Origin: a virus | DNA length: 64,000 nt | Virus record (IMG/VR): IMGVR_UViG_3300042197_002243 | Reading direction: 5' to 3' (one strand) | Part shown: positions 37,646 through 49,600 of the stretch, piece after piece | Numbering within the stretch: the first letter of the stretch is position 1 | Layout: the number at the start of each line of letters is the position of its first letter | Notes under the pieces: generated by a model | Told to the model about the DNA's origin: nothing | The model's input: only the letters and a program-made list of their open reading frames with translations | The model's database searches: none | Translations under genes and position numbers: made by a program

Positions 37646-40600
37646 GCAAGAGCAATAACTCGAAGATCTTTCAATCTTGGTGGATGAGCCATATCTGATG
37701 AAGAACCAATAAGTTTGATGCTAAAATATCTAAAATCTGTTAGATTATTTACTGTAAAGATATACTCCTTATAATCGAGATTTTGACTCAGATTAGCAAG
37801 ATTGTCAGTTTTTGCAATCTTAATATCAGATAATCCATCATTATTAGCAACGTTAATTATATTGCCCAAACTATCCAGATTATTCCATCCTGGGAATGGA
37901 TAGTAGATTGCATTTTCTGTAGGATCTTTCATGATTGCATATAATGCTCTTAGATCACTATCTCTATTCACATACGCACTTACAATCACCTTCAGAGAAG
38001 ATGCTGGAACTTCAAGTGCGATTGGATTTGATGCATAAACAAATCCAGATGGATCATCTTGAAGTGTGGAAACTCTGAAGTCTGTTGCATAGTCATCGAT
38101 TGGACTATTAACTCTATTATTAATAAAGATTGCAGACACTCTATCGAGATCAATTACTGGAGAAACATTGCGATCAATGGTACTCATCTTTACATTCATA
38201 GTGAATGATTTATTTCCTGGAAGAGTTGTTAATGCTGAAGATTCATTCACAGATGCAGCGATTATTCTTGGCGAAGATAAGTAATTATTCGATGTCAATA
38301 CAATTGGTTCATAACCAGCATCCATATACGATTCTTCAGTACCATCAACACTAGATCCAGTTACAGTTCTGATTGATGCAGAAACTGTAGTTGCTAGTAA
38401 GTTCATAATCTGAAGATTGGGTCTAATGATAGAATATGGAATATTTTGTGTTGCATATACATTTGGTCCACCAGCAGATTTCGTTTGATCAATATAAAGT
38501 GGTGGGAATGATGTAGCTACACTTCTATTAACTTGTCCTTGTGGAAGAGATGCAGTATTTCCTGCAGAACTTGTATCAATTTTAAGATAATAATAATCTA
38601 AATCATAAATTCGTGTTGACGAGAAACCAACATCTTGAAGCGTATGTGTTTTGTTTATTCTTCTTAGAGAAATGCCATTTAATTCGTATTTGAATACTGG
38701 AGTTCCTGCGGCATAGGTAAATGATTTTGTCTGATCAATTTGTCTTGTAATGCCAGTAAGGGTATTACCAACAACTCCTTCATAAGCAAGGATTTCATCT
38801 TCAATTTGAATATATCCTGGGTTGGTGGATGCAACACTCACATTTTCAAATGTTTCAAATCCGCTTGCATTTGTAAGGATGATATTTCCAGAACTTTCTT
38901 TTGCATATGCAGTATTCAGAGTAGTTGGAGTTGAATCCGAATATACGCCAGAGATGGTGACATTATTGTTCAATGCGTACATACCATGGTTTTTATGATT
39001 TACTTTGATGTGTAAACCATCCGATGGCTCAGAGTCAACAGTAACATAACTTGCCGTTACTCCGCCACCATTCAAACTTGTAACTCCAACACCAGTTGCA
39101 ACATAAGTAATGGTGCTTCCAGTTCCTGTTGTAAATGTGCCCTGAACATTATCTAAGATAATTTCTTTAATTCCTGTAATTTGTGGAATAGAAAGTCTTA
39201 AATTAGATCCAAGAGTGCTACCGCCAAGACTGGAGACACTGAGAACATCACCAACACGATATCCAGATCCACCAGCATTAATTGTTGCTGCTACCGCAAC
39301 ATTACTTGAGATTGTAATGTTCGCTGTTGCATTTACACCAGATCCAGTTACATTGGTCAGAGAAACATTATTAAATGATCCATCAGAATAACCAATACCT
39401 GCATTTGTAATTGTCAGATTTCCAGTAGCAGATCCAGCAGCTCCAACATAATTGCCAGTAGCATTTGAATTTAACTGTCCAACAGTCGTACCAACAATAA
39501 AGTCTGTGCTTGTTGCAGTAGTTCCAAGACCAACACGAACTTTTCTAGAATTCATTTCAATCGGATTAACTAACAAATTAGCAATTTGTTTGTTGCCAAT
39601 ACTCAATTGTGGATTGTAGAAATTGATATCTCCAGTTTGATCCGTAAATACTGCTTGATACAGACTAAACTTAAGATCCTCATACTGGCTTGGTGTCCAA
39701 GTTGAGGCATTTTGCGATTTAAATAATGATCCAAGAAGTGGTTGCTCAGTTACAAAAATTTGCTGAGATTCTGGCAATCCTGCAGTTGTTCTATCTACTT
39801 CACCAAGTCTAGAAATCCAAACTTGATACGAAGTTGATTCGGAAAGGAGAACCACTGCATGTTCTTCGCCACCTTTGAGATATACTGGTGATGGGAATGT
39901 AACTGTTGTTTTAACACTGCCATCACCAGAGATATTAACGTCCTTTGGATCAATACTTACTTCACTGAATGGATATACTGTTCCAGTAGGTAATCCAAGG
40001 GACATTGGACGAAGTTGAACGGTTACTGGAAGTACATCATCCTTAGATGCAAAATACAAATCAATTTTTGTTACAAATAAACCACTTCCATTTGGAATAT
40101 TAAATGATTGTGCTAAAGGATCTGGATTTGGTGCTGGAGCTTGAACAACTATAGTATTTGTAATGAATACTGGTTGTACTCTGGTCGAACTTGAAGACGT
40201 TGTAGAATTTGATTGAGATCTAGTATCAGATAATGTTGTCGATGTAAACTGAGGACTTCTGACTGAAGTAATAGTTTCTTGAACATTATTTAAAAGTCCT
40301 TGTGCATAATAATTTACTTCACCCTCAGTATATACTGATCCTGGTACTAATGAATTTGTTTTATCGTTGGTCAATTTAAACGTCTTAATTCCCGTTTCGA
40401 ACGTTGGGTTCGTTGGTACATTTGGATTTGGAATTAAGTATGAACCAATAATTGTTCCAAGATTATCAGATACTAATCTTACATCCAATATTGTGGCTTC
40501 AGCACCACTCGTTAATCCTTTTAATTTCAATCCAGGTAAAACTCGTCCAAAGAATTGACCTTGAACTTGCTCAGAAAGACTTGCAACATCAACATTAAGA

Positions 40601-43600
40601 AGAGTAGAAGTTGCTGAATAAACTGAAGTTAAAGTTCCAGTTGCTTCTTGATCGTAAGGATTTTTTGTATAAATGTCGGTAGGATCATTAAATGGTCCAT
40701 ATTTGTGATTTGCTGTTGCAACTCTAAATGAAATCTCAGTTGGGGTAGATCCTGGAGTGATATTCTGATTTATTGCCGAGGTTGCAAATGTTCCAACTAC
40801 GGTTTCTCCAACTTGGAAAATACCAGATATCATTGAAATTTCAAGAAGCTTAGGAACAATGAATGAATTTACATCTTCACCATCAAAGAAAGCATACACT
40901 TGAGTATATGGTCTAAAGCGTTTAGCAACAAACTCAACGTTTCTTGATCTCATAAATGTAACGAGCTCAGAAGATATTAAAGAATCTCCTTGAGAAGTTG
41001 TTGTTACTTGTTCAGTAAGTCTTAATTGTGTTCCGGTTCTTCTTTGATCTTCGGTGGTTGTTGTAGTAGTAAATGTTGTAGTAGTATCCCCAGAATTTTC
41101 TACGGTTTGTGAAGTGGATTGCCCAGTCCATGTTGTTTCCCATGCACCCCAATTGACAGGCCCAAGACCTGTTTGGGGATCAAATCCTTGAGATGCTAAT
41201 TGTTGTTGTGTTGCAGTGAAATTGTCCTGAGTAATTGTTCTTGGTGCCACTCTAACCTGATCAGTCCAAACATCTGATGAAGGTGTCAACGAAATTGTAC
41301 CTTCATAGTTTGTTACAAGATATGGCGTTACATTTTCAATTCTTGTGGCATAAGGTTGAATAATGAAAGAAGCTTCAGTATAATCTAATGTAACAACTTG
41401 ACCAGTTCTTCTTACATTATTGCCAATTAAATCGCTAACAAATCTTAGATCAGCATTTGGATCTACAGAGGCACCAATTCCAACTAAAGACTTTGAACCA
41501 AGCAGTAAGTCAACTTCAGTAACATATGGTGAAGGTCTTAATTCCTGATTTTCTTGGTCGATCGAGTTTTTAATCGTTGTAGTTTTATTTTGGAAATTCG
41601 TTGTTCTAAAATTATCTACAAAGAAACCAGATTTAAATCTATCCAATCCATTAACATCTTTAATACTTAATGATTGGGTGTTTGCTTCTAAAAGATTTAA
41701 TGTAGTATATGATTCTAGATTTTTAATTCTATCTTCAAGTCTAGAAATATCACTCATTTGATATCTCTTATGAGAAACTAAACTTACTGATGCCCTACTT
41801 ACATCACAGAGATATGGTGGGAGTGCTACCGATCCTATTTCAAGAGCATCATCCAAAGCTTTTGGTGGTCTTGGAGTTTCTGATGGATCTCCTTTGAGGA
41901 GTTGTAATCCACCATTTTTAGTTAAGAAAATTCTATCAATTCTTCCCAGATAATAATCAAATGAAAGTAAGATAGATTCATCAGATGCAAGAATATTTCT
42001 ACCACAATTTTGAGCATCAGAAAACGTTCTTGATAAAAATTCAAATGGTGAACGAGATCCTGCAGCAACTGTATATTCAGATACTCTTGGTCGAATATCT
42101 ATGATATCGCTATTTGCAACTTTTCCTTCTACTGGCGCAATATCACAGTAGTCATAATCGGTATAAGAATTTACAGTTGTAATGTCTCCAAGATCTGAAG
42201 ATGCAAAACTTGCAGACTCAAAAACAATTTTGATTTGTTTTGCTGGTTCTTTTGATACTGGATTTCTTACAATTTTGGAATAATCATAAATTGTATTCTT
42301 CTGAGAAGAATCTAAAGTAAAATCTGATGTGATATTTTTATCAGACAAGGTAATTGCTGAAATAGTGGCATTAATTCCACTTTCTTCAAATTTTACAACT
42401 TCACCAGATTGGAATGACCTATCATTTAAATATACATAATTAACTTGAAGATCATTTACTTTATTTGTAAAAATTGCGGCAGCACCCGAAGTTTGTCCAA
42501 CAAACTTTTCCCCAACCAATAAATCGTTAGTTTTATTGGTTGGGCCTGTCAATGAACTAAAAGTAACTGCTGATAAAGATGCTTCAGATGTTGTTGTTGA
42601 TTCAAAAACACCATAAAGTTTTGTTACATCAGGAACATTTAAACAAATTTCTTCGTCTTGAACTCTTGTTCCAAATGGGAATGTTCCATAAGTTAATCCA
42701 TCATTGATAGTAGTTGACCCAATACCAGAGTGTTCATATTTTGACTTATTGATGATTAAAGTTTTAATTCTATTTTTATTTTTGGCTTTTGCCTTAACTT
42801 TAATCTTACGTAAAGTGGCAATAAGTCTTGCTCCACTATCATTTGATCCCAGTCCATAAATGGTCAATTGAGATCCTGTTGCATCAAATGAAAACTTATC
42901 CGCACGTAAAGTTTCAAATGTACCATCAGATCTTACTAATACATATCTTTCTTCGTCAAATGGTAAGAAAGTTTCATTTGCATCAGCAACTAGTGTATTT
43001 GATTGGTTACTTGAAATTGTAACTGCAAATTCTTTCTTAATTGTAAGGTTAGAATCTGTTAAATCTACGGAACTAATGAAGTTCTTTGGAAGTTTTGTAT
43101 ATAAAGTGTTGTCGGTAGAAGTTTGGAAAGATGAACCCAAAATTGCAAGATCACTTACTGAACTTGCCGTTGAAGGAGGAGAACCCTCACAGATTCCAGT
43201 TACCGTTGTAACTCCAGTAACTACAATAGAATTTTGTGATACAGTTACAACTGTATTATATGTTGGAACTGTAGCCCCTGGAATAGTATACTTAACTAAT
43301 CCACCAACCTTTACATTGTTTGTAAATGCAAAGTTGCTGTTACCAACGTTTAAACTGATACTGCTAATACCACTTGAAGATCTCGCAGTAACTGAAGCAA
43401 GTCCAACATTATATGTAATTGTTGGGACAATATCTGCAGTAAATGATGTTGAAGATGTGCTAACGTTTGATATTGATTCTACATTTTGGATCGAATACTC
43501 TGTGACCGCAATTGATACTCTGCTTGTTGTTTCTACTCCATTAAAAACGAATTTTTCATTAGCGGCAAAAGAACCTTTTACTCCATATGCTGTAATGATG

Positions 43601-45114
43601 CCAGCATTGTTAACATCAAATCTGAGATATCCAGTTGCTCCGCTTGATTTTCCTTTAATATGAACTGGTGTTGTTAACGTTACATTTTGATTTAATGAGA
43701 TTTCTGTATATGTTTCAATATCAAATAAAGAAATATCCCATTGATTTAATTTTAAGTTTGATGTATTATATGAACCAGACTCTAACGCATAATCATATAC
43801 TCTTGCCAATCCAATTTCTTTTCCTGGAAGAGTAGAAGAAACAACTCCAACTCTAGAGTCTCTTAAACTTACAATGAAAGGACTTCCGAGATTTAAATTG
43901 GGAGCACCAAAAACGTTATTTAACGTAAATGTTGGACCAGTTACGTATGCAAGGCTTGCATCTGTAATTGTTTTTGTTGTTCTTGGTTTTTCAAAGTCTA
44001 AGAAATTTGCAGATAAAGATTCTACTTCATATCCTTTAACATACGCTTTCCCTGCACCAATTTTATAAGTACCTAAACTTTCTTTTGGAGTTTGATTGTT
44101 ATATGTTAATTGATCTTGCTGAAATACTCCATTGTTTCCGAGATTATCATTTAAAGTTTCTTTTACTACAATATCAAATGGTCTGACATAATAGTCACCA
44201 GATTCTTCAGATGTTCTTCTTGCAAATTCTGTAGAAAGAATATTATATTGGGATGTTGCAGTTGTATTTTTTACTAATTCTCCACTTCTTACTTCTAATA
44301 AACTGACAAAATTCTCTGCAGTTGTTTCCGTTAATCCTTTTTTACTTAAAACTGCAGTAATTTTAAATCTATCAGCTCCTGGTGCAGCATAGTTAGAAAA
44401 TCCTTTTGCATTATCATTTAAGGAATCGTCTTCATCTGCAGTGATCGTTTCTTCAATAATATCAAAACCTACCTTATAACTTGGAATATTTCCATATGCA
44501 TCAAGAACTAAAATTTGATCAGATACTTCAACAAAATATCCACGTAAAAAATAAATTCCATTGCTGAGAATCGCAGCAGAGCCGTTTCCAGTGGCAGATG
44601 AAGTAGTGTTTGCAAATCCTTCACCACTTTGAATGATAACAGAATTTTGAGAATAACTTTCGTTTAAAGTTAATTTTTCATTATCAGAAAATACTTGTTG
44701 ATCATTTAAACCAGAAGCCAAATAATTTATATAAAGGGTTGTGTATTGATTATCCAATTCATTTTCTGGTAAAACATATAAAATTTGCGCCTGTACTTTA
44801 GATGAGTCGCCAGTTATTTTCTTACCTACAAGATCATTAATATAAACACTTACATCGACACCAAGATATGAATTTTCAATCTTTACAAATTTATATTGAT
44901 TCGTATAACTTAATTGTCCAGGGATTACTACAGATCCTTCTTTAAATACGTGGTTCCCAAACTGTTCAATCTGATTTTTTAAAATAGATTGTAAAGTAGT
45001 TAATTCTCTAGCCTGAACAGGATATCCAGGTTTGAACAAAACCTTATAATAATTCTTAGTAGAATCAAAATCGTCAAAATATGGAGAAACGTTGAGATTG
45101 GTTGACTCTGGCAT
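37642..45114 (-). CDS. large virion structural protein (VrlC-like)
   Basis: 2490 aa; NLNVSPYFDDF, PVQARELTTLQ, DRFKSGFFVDNF, DPLAQSF; follows g8. Confidence 0.88.
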   Translation of the reverse strand: MPESTNLNVSPYFDDFDSTKNYYKVLFKPGYPVQARELTTLQSILKNQIEQFGNHVFKEGSVVIPGQLSYTNQYKFVKIENSYLGVDVSVYINDLVGKKITGDSSKVQAQILYVLPENELDNQYTTLYINYLASGLNDQQVFSDNEKLTLNESYSQNSVIIQSGEGFANTTSSATGNGSAAILSNGIYFLRGYFVEVSDQILVLDAYGNIPSYKVGFDIIEETITADEDDSLNDNAKGFSNYAAPGADRFKITAVLSKKGLTETTAENFVSLLEVRSGELVKNTTATSQYNILSTEFARRTSEESGDYYVRPFDIVVKETLNDNLGNNGVFQQDQLTYNNQTPKESLGTYKIGAGKAYVKGYEVESLSANFLDFEKPRTTKTITDASLAYVTGPTFTLNNVFGAPNLNLGSPFIVSLRDSRVGVVSSTLPGKEIGLARVYDYALESGSYNTSNLKLNQWDISLFDIETYTEISLNQNVTLTTPVHIKGKSSGATGYLRFDVNNAGIITAYGVKGSFAANEKFVFNGVETTSRVSIAVTEYSIQNVESISNVSTSSTSFTADIVPTITYNVGLASVTARSSSGISSISLNVGNSNFAFTNNVKVGGLVKYTIPGATVPTYNTVVTVSQNSIVVTGVTTVTGICEGSPPSTASSVSDLAILGSSFQTSTDNTLYTKLPKNFISSVDLTDSNLTIKKEFAVTISSNQSNTLVADANETFLPFDEERYVLVRSDGTFETLRADKFSFDATGSQLTIYGLGSNDSGARLIATLRKIKVKAKAKNKNRIKTLIINKSKYEHSGIGSTTINDGLTYGTFPFGTRVQDEEICLNVPDVTKLYGVFESTTTSEASLSAVTFSSLTGPTNKTNDLLVGEKFVGQTSGAAAIFTNKVNDLQVNYVYLNDRSFQSGEVVKFEESGINATISAITLSDKNITSDFTLDSSQKNTIYDYSKIVRNPVSKEPAKQIKIVFESASFASSDLGDITTVNSYTDYDYCDIAPVEGKVANSDIIDIRPRVSEYTVAAGSRSPFEFLSRTFSDAQNCGRNILASDESILLSFDYYLGRIDRIFLTKNGGLQLLKGDPSETPRPPKALDDALEIGSVALPPYLCDVSRASVSLVSHKRYQMSDISRLEDRIKNLESYTTLNLLEANTQSLSIKDVNGLDRFKSGFFVDNFRTTNFQNKTTTIKNSIDQENQELRPSPYVTEVDLLLGSKSLVGIGASVDPNADLRFVSDLIGNNVRRTGQVVTLDYTEASFIIQPYATRIENVTPYLVTNYEGTISLTPSSDVWTDQVRVAPRTITQDNFTATQQQLASQGFDPQTGLGPVNWGAWETTWTGQSTSQTVENSGDTTTTFTTTTTTEDQRRTGTQLRLTEQVTTTSQGDSLISSELVTFMRSRNVEFVAKRFRPYTQVYAFFDGEDVNSFIVPKLLEISMISGIFQVGETVVGTFATSAINQNITPGSTPTEISFRVATANHKYGPFNDPTDIYTKNPYDQEATGTLTSVYSATSTLLNVDVASLSEQVQGQFFGRVLPGLKLKGLTSGAEATILDVRLVSDNLGTIIGSYLIPNPNVPTNPTFETGIKTFKLTNDKTNSLVPGSVYTEGEVNYYAQGLLNNVQETITSVRSPQFTSTTLSDTRSQSNSTTSSSSTRVQPVFITNTIVVQAPAPNPDPLAQSFNIPNGSGLFVTKIDLYFASKDDVLPVTVQLRPMSLGLPTGTVYPFSEVSIDPKDVNISGDGSVKTTVTFPSPVYLKGGEEHAVVLLSESTSYQVWISRLGEVDRTTAGLPESQQIFVTEQPLLGSLFKSQNASTWTPSQYEDLKFSLYQAVFTDQTGDINFYNPQLSIGNKQIANLLVNPIEMNSRKVRVGLGTTATSTDFIVGTTVGQLNSNATGNYVGAAGSATGNLTITNAGIGYSDGSFNNVSLTNVTGSGVNATANITISSNVAVAATINAGGSGYRVGDVLSVSSLGGSTLGSNLRLSIPQITGIKEIILDNVQGTFTTGTGSTITYVATGVGVTSLNGGGVTASYVTVDSEPSDGLHIKVNHKNHGMYALNNNVTISGVYSDSTPTTLNTAYAKESSGNIILTNASGFETFENVSVASTNPGYIQIEDEILAYEGVVGNTLTGITRQIDQTKSFTYAAGTPVFKYELNGISLRRINKTHTLQDVGFSSTRIYDLDYYYLKIDTSSAGNTASLPQGQVNRSVATSFPPLYIDQTKSAGGPNVYATQNIPYSIIRPNLQIMNLLATTVSASIRTVTGSSVDGTEESYMDAGYEPIVLTSNNYLSSPRIIAASVNESSALTTLPGNKSFTMNVKMSTIDRNVSPVIDLDRVSAIFINNRVNSPIDDYATDFRVSTLQDDPSGFVYASNPIALEVPASSLKVIVSAYVNRDSDLRALYAIMKDPTENAIYYPFPGWNNLDSLGNIINVANNDGLSDIKIAKTDNLANLSQNLDYKEYIFTVNNLTDFRYFSIKLIGSSSDMAHPPRLKDLRVIALA

Positions 45115-45120
45115 GATTTC

Positions 45121-46674
45121 TTAGAATTGCAAAATTACCTTGATATCTTCTTTTTGACTAGACGATCTAGTAACGGAAGGTCTATTATCTACATGAATAA
45201 CATTTCCAGAATACTTTTGAACTTCTGGATTGGACACACCATTAATAAAGTTCTGCCCAAAATAATATGTTCTACTATTTATTGAGGTAGATATGCCGTT
45301 GTAATTTGAATCAATTGATAAACTTACGCTTCCACCTTGAATTATAGTTGTACCTCCAACACCAGGAGAAGATGTAAACCTATTCATATTAAATCCATAA
45401 ATTGGTGCAGTATTTTTTGTGCCATCACTATTAAATCCGACAAGAGTTCTATCTTGCCAATATTTTAAAACTCCAGTATTTTGATCATAGGAAACAACTC
45501 TACCAACAGCTGTAGATGCCACTCCTACAGTTTGTGTCACTAAAGAGTCTGCAGTAAATGTTGCAGAACTATATCCAGTACCAACGAGTTTTAAAGCATA
45601 AACAGCACTTGCCTTATCTTCAGTAAGAATAGAACTTGAATTGAAGATTAAAGGATTCTCAATTACACCAACTCTAGAAATTTGATTACCGGTGATGAAA
45701 TCTGGATTTTGTGCATCATTTTCAATTCTTGCATAAAGTACAACTTTATTGGCACCAAGTTCTCTATAGATATCTGCACCATGACCACCTTTTGGTGGGA
45801 TAATGACATCAAAAACTGGACTCGTAGTTCCTGTTGGAACATTTCCAGAAACCAAATCCACAGTTCCAGAAGTGTATCCAGAACCACCATTAGAAATAGT
45901 GATTGATTCTACCTTTGAATTATTATTAATAATGATAGTTGCTTCAGCTCCAATACCATCACCTTTAATAGGAACTCTAGTGTAAGTTGTGTTTGCTGTC
46001 CCAATACCAACTCCACGATTGGTTATTGTGACGATTTTTATTTGGCCACTAGTTGCAGCATTATTTCTCACTGCAGAATTTGTGTCACTAGTTTCCCAAT
46101 CTTTTGGTACGGGGATAAAATTTGAAGTTTCAAATTTAATAATATCACTAGGAGCAATTGTATACAAATATTTCCAAACATAACCGTCACCACTAGTTCC
46201 AGCAGATCTTGGTTCTAAATCGGTAAATGTTGGTTCATCCAGAGAAGGTCTTCCTTCTGGGTTTTCTGGATTTGTTCCATTTTGTAAACAAATATAAACG
46301 CGGTAATCTGAATTTACCACATAATAATTTGCTGCATATAAACTAGTTGCTCCAGAAGGTTTAGATGTATTAGTTCTACTTATATCATGCCTATACATGT
46401 CATAAGTAGTTCCAGAAGTCCAGGTTATTTTTCTAATTACTTGCTTAATATTTTCCGTAGATATTTTTTTAAGTGCGATTGCAGTATCCCAATATGAATT
46501 TTCTTCATTAAAATTATCCTTAGGTGCTGGAGGATTTGTATCCCAAGTTAAACTATATTCCGTAGCATTTGGAAGTCCAACAAAAACATAATATGAGTTA
46601 TCCGAAGAACTTGCGACAGAAACAAAATTCTTAGCACTCAATATTCTAAATTGATCTGTTATAATAGCAGCCAT
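45121..46674 (-). CDS. g8: baseplate wedge gp8
   Basis: MAAIITDQFR, GDGYVWKYLYTI, QKEDIKVILQF; late promoter CATAAATA at 46691-46698. Confidence 0.93.
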   Translation of the reverse strand: MAAIITDQFRILSAKNFVSVASSSDNSYYVFVGLPNATEYSLTWDTNPPAPKDNFNEENSYWDTAIALKKISTENIKQVIRKITWTSGTTYDMYRHDISRTNTSKPSGATSLYAANYYVVNSDYRVYICLQNGTNPENPEGRPSLDEPTFTDLEPRSAGTSGDGYVWKYLYTIAPSDIIKFETSNFIPVPKDWETSDTNSAVRNNAATSGQIKIVTITNRGVGIGTANTTYTRVPIKGDGIGAEATIIINNNSKVESITISNGGSGYTSGTVDLVSGNVPTGTTSPVFDVIIPPKGGHGADIYRELGANKVVLYARIENDAQNPDFITGNQISRVGVIENPLIFNSSSILTEDKASAVYALKLVGTGYSSATFTADSLVTQTVGVASTAVGRVVSYDQNTGVLKYWQDRTLVGFNSDGTKNTAPIYGFNMNRFTSSPGVGGTTIIQGGSVSLSIDSNYNGISTSINSRTYYFGQNFINGVSNPEVQKYSGNVIHVDNRPSVTRSSSQKEDIKVILQF

Positions 46675-46693
46675 TTTGCAGTTTTTTATGTAT

Positions 46694-49600
46694 TTATGTA
46701 GTATAATCTCGGTATTTTAATGGCAAGAGTCTTTGGACTATTGGTGAACTTGAAACACCCGCAAGACCATTTTTATAGTTTGTAAATGATTTTAGAGAAG
46801 TCCTATTTAATGTGGAAAGTCTTCCCCAAGTATATTCCCCATAGAAAGAACTAAATCCAAGACCGGTAAGACCATTATACGAAGTAAGACTTACTGTTAC
46901 CTGAGCAACATAAGTCAATCCAATTCCAGGAACTGCAGTTTGTCCAATTGAAACTGCAACTGCCTTATAGATGTTATCCAAACATGTTGTTCCAATTCCA
47001 ACAGTATCATCATTCTCATCTTTTGCAGTAACGCCACTGCCAACATTCGAATTTTTAACAACAAAATAATATCCAGTTTGTATGCCACTGATTCCAGTTG
47101 TTGCAATACCTACAGTATTAATGGTCAAGTCTCTTAAATAAGAGTTTTGTGGAATAAAGAAATCAAATACCAATCCAGTAGTTGCTACTGATACTGATGT
47201 TGTTTTGATACCAGTGATAATTCCAAAATCTCCTTCAAAAGTTACATTGGACATCTCTTCTTTTGTAACTTTGGGGGACTGAATTAAAACAAGTGGTGGA
47301 TTTGTTGAAGTATATCCATAACCAATTGCAGAAACTCCGATTGAAGTTACAACTCCGTTTGTTATGGTTGCGGATCCAGAAGCCCTATATGTTGATCCAA
47401 GTCCGACTGGATTTGAAACAATCACATCTGGTGCTGAAGTATAACCATAACCACCATCACTAATTACAAACGAAGTGATTGTACCAGCAGAAGAAACAAC
47501 AGCAGTTGCAGCTGCACCAGCGACAGCATCTTGAGATGTAATAATAATTTTCTTGTAATTTATATTTCCGATCGTATTTTCTTTTTGAGCATCAAAGAAA
47601 GTCTTTGCACTTTCGACAAATACGACCGAAGATGTTATACCCAGACTATTGATTATATTTGTAGTTGGTTGAACAAAAGGTTCATAAAGAACTCTAGTTT
47701 TTCCAACTTCTAATCCATCAATTATTCTATCCTCAGTTTGATAACAAAGTGTGACTGGTCTAGTATATGTTTCTCCAAAGGTCAAACCTGGATTAAAATA
47801 TGTATTTGTAAATACATAATCACTTGCTGGAATGTCCGTGACAAGTCTTTCATCTTGTGTCAAGAAAATGGAATCATCTATAAGTTGTAAATTATCACCA
47901 ACTTCAATTGGTTCCAAAACATCAACCAATACTACATCAACATTACCATTTCCTCTATAGAATAGAATCTTTGAAGTATCTCCAGACTTTGGTGGTTCTG
48001 GGAATGTAATCAAATTACCTCCACGGAAAATATATCCCGCACCAGGAACCTGTAAAATATCATTAATAAAGACTAGTAACGTAGCTTGAATATCAATATT
48101 TGATCCTGGTTTAGTTCTGATGGAAGTGAGAACATCATTTATTTTGATTGGGAAAGTTTTTCTTTCTCCATCAAATAAAGAGTCGAAAGAATCAAGAACT
48201 TGAAGATCTCCAAGTGACCAACCAGCAAATGAATCTGTATGAGTTCTATCAACGCCGATTTGGAATTCTTTATAAGTTAAACCTGTGTTGGTTGGGATTC
48301 CAACCGTACCACCAATCGCAACAGTAAGAATTTCTCCCTGACCATATCCATAACCAGTATTTCTTATTTCAAAATTAATTACACTAGAACCTTGCCCAAC
48401 AACAATATCAATTTCAGCACCACTTCCAATACCAGATATCGAAGATGAGCTATAAATCAGTGGTACATTGCTATACGATAGTGGAGAATCAAAGAAAACG
48501 ACTGGAGGATTTGATGAAGTATATCCAGTTCCTGGATTTGTAATCGCAACACTTACAAGATTTCCATTTTGAACTGTTGCAGTTCCAATAAATTCAATAT
48601 TTGGAGTTCTCGTGCTTGATGTACCAACACCAACTCTAACAGTTTGTAATCCCGAACGATAACCAGAACCACTATTTCCAATACTAATTGATTGGATTGT
48701 TCCTGCAATCGAAACTACTGCCGTTCCTCCAGCTGAAACCAATGGTTGGAATCCAAATCCACCAGTTGATCCTACAGAAACGAGAATGCCCTTTCTTGGC
48801 AATCCCGATGCATTAATATCATATGACTGTGAAGCATTTCCCACAAATGAAATAGTTGTAATTCCAGATGATTCAGATAGAGAATAATTTCCGGGTATGT
48901 TGATAGGAAGTGTATTTCTAGATGGTTGTTGGAAAATTTGATTAATTAATATGATTGCATTGCTTGTACTTATTCCGGTAATATTTGATCCACCAGACTT
49001 CAAAATAAAACTCGTGTTTACTCCAGTGAAAGATCCTGAGATGTCATCAAATATCTTATTGTAAAAATATGCATCAGTGGAGGAATTTACATCTCCAGAT
49101 TTTAGAAATACTCTACCATTAAATGTCGATCCAGTTATTAATCCAACATAGTCTTGCTCATCCGGTCTAGTAGATGGATTTGTAAATGGAATTTGTCCCC
49201 ATGGAGAATTGGCAAAGTAAATTGTATTAGCATCAATATTGTAATTTCCAGACAATTTGGTAACTAAAGTACCTACTTGGTGAGTAGCAATTCCAGTTCC
49301 AAGCCATCCTCGTTGAACAATTGCAACATTTGTTGCACCATATCCAAGAGTATCAAGTCTCATTATTTCATTGTCAATTTTTATTAAATCACCACTAAAA
49401 ATTGATGTAATTCCAGACAAAGTAACAATATTTGTTATTGCTTCTACATAGGTGCCAACTGTTGTTGTAACTGAAGTTCCTACAATTGGAGATTGTACTA
49501 CATTATCAATTGTAATTAATGCTCTCGAATTTTGATTCGATCCTTTAACAATATGAGAAGTACCAATACCAACACTTGTTATATCTAAGAATTTGGGTGG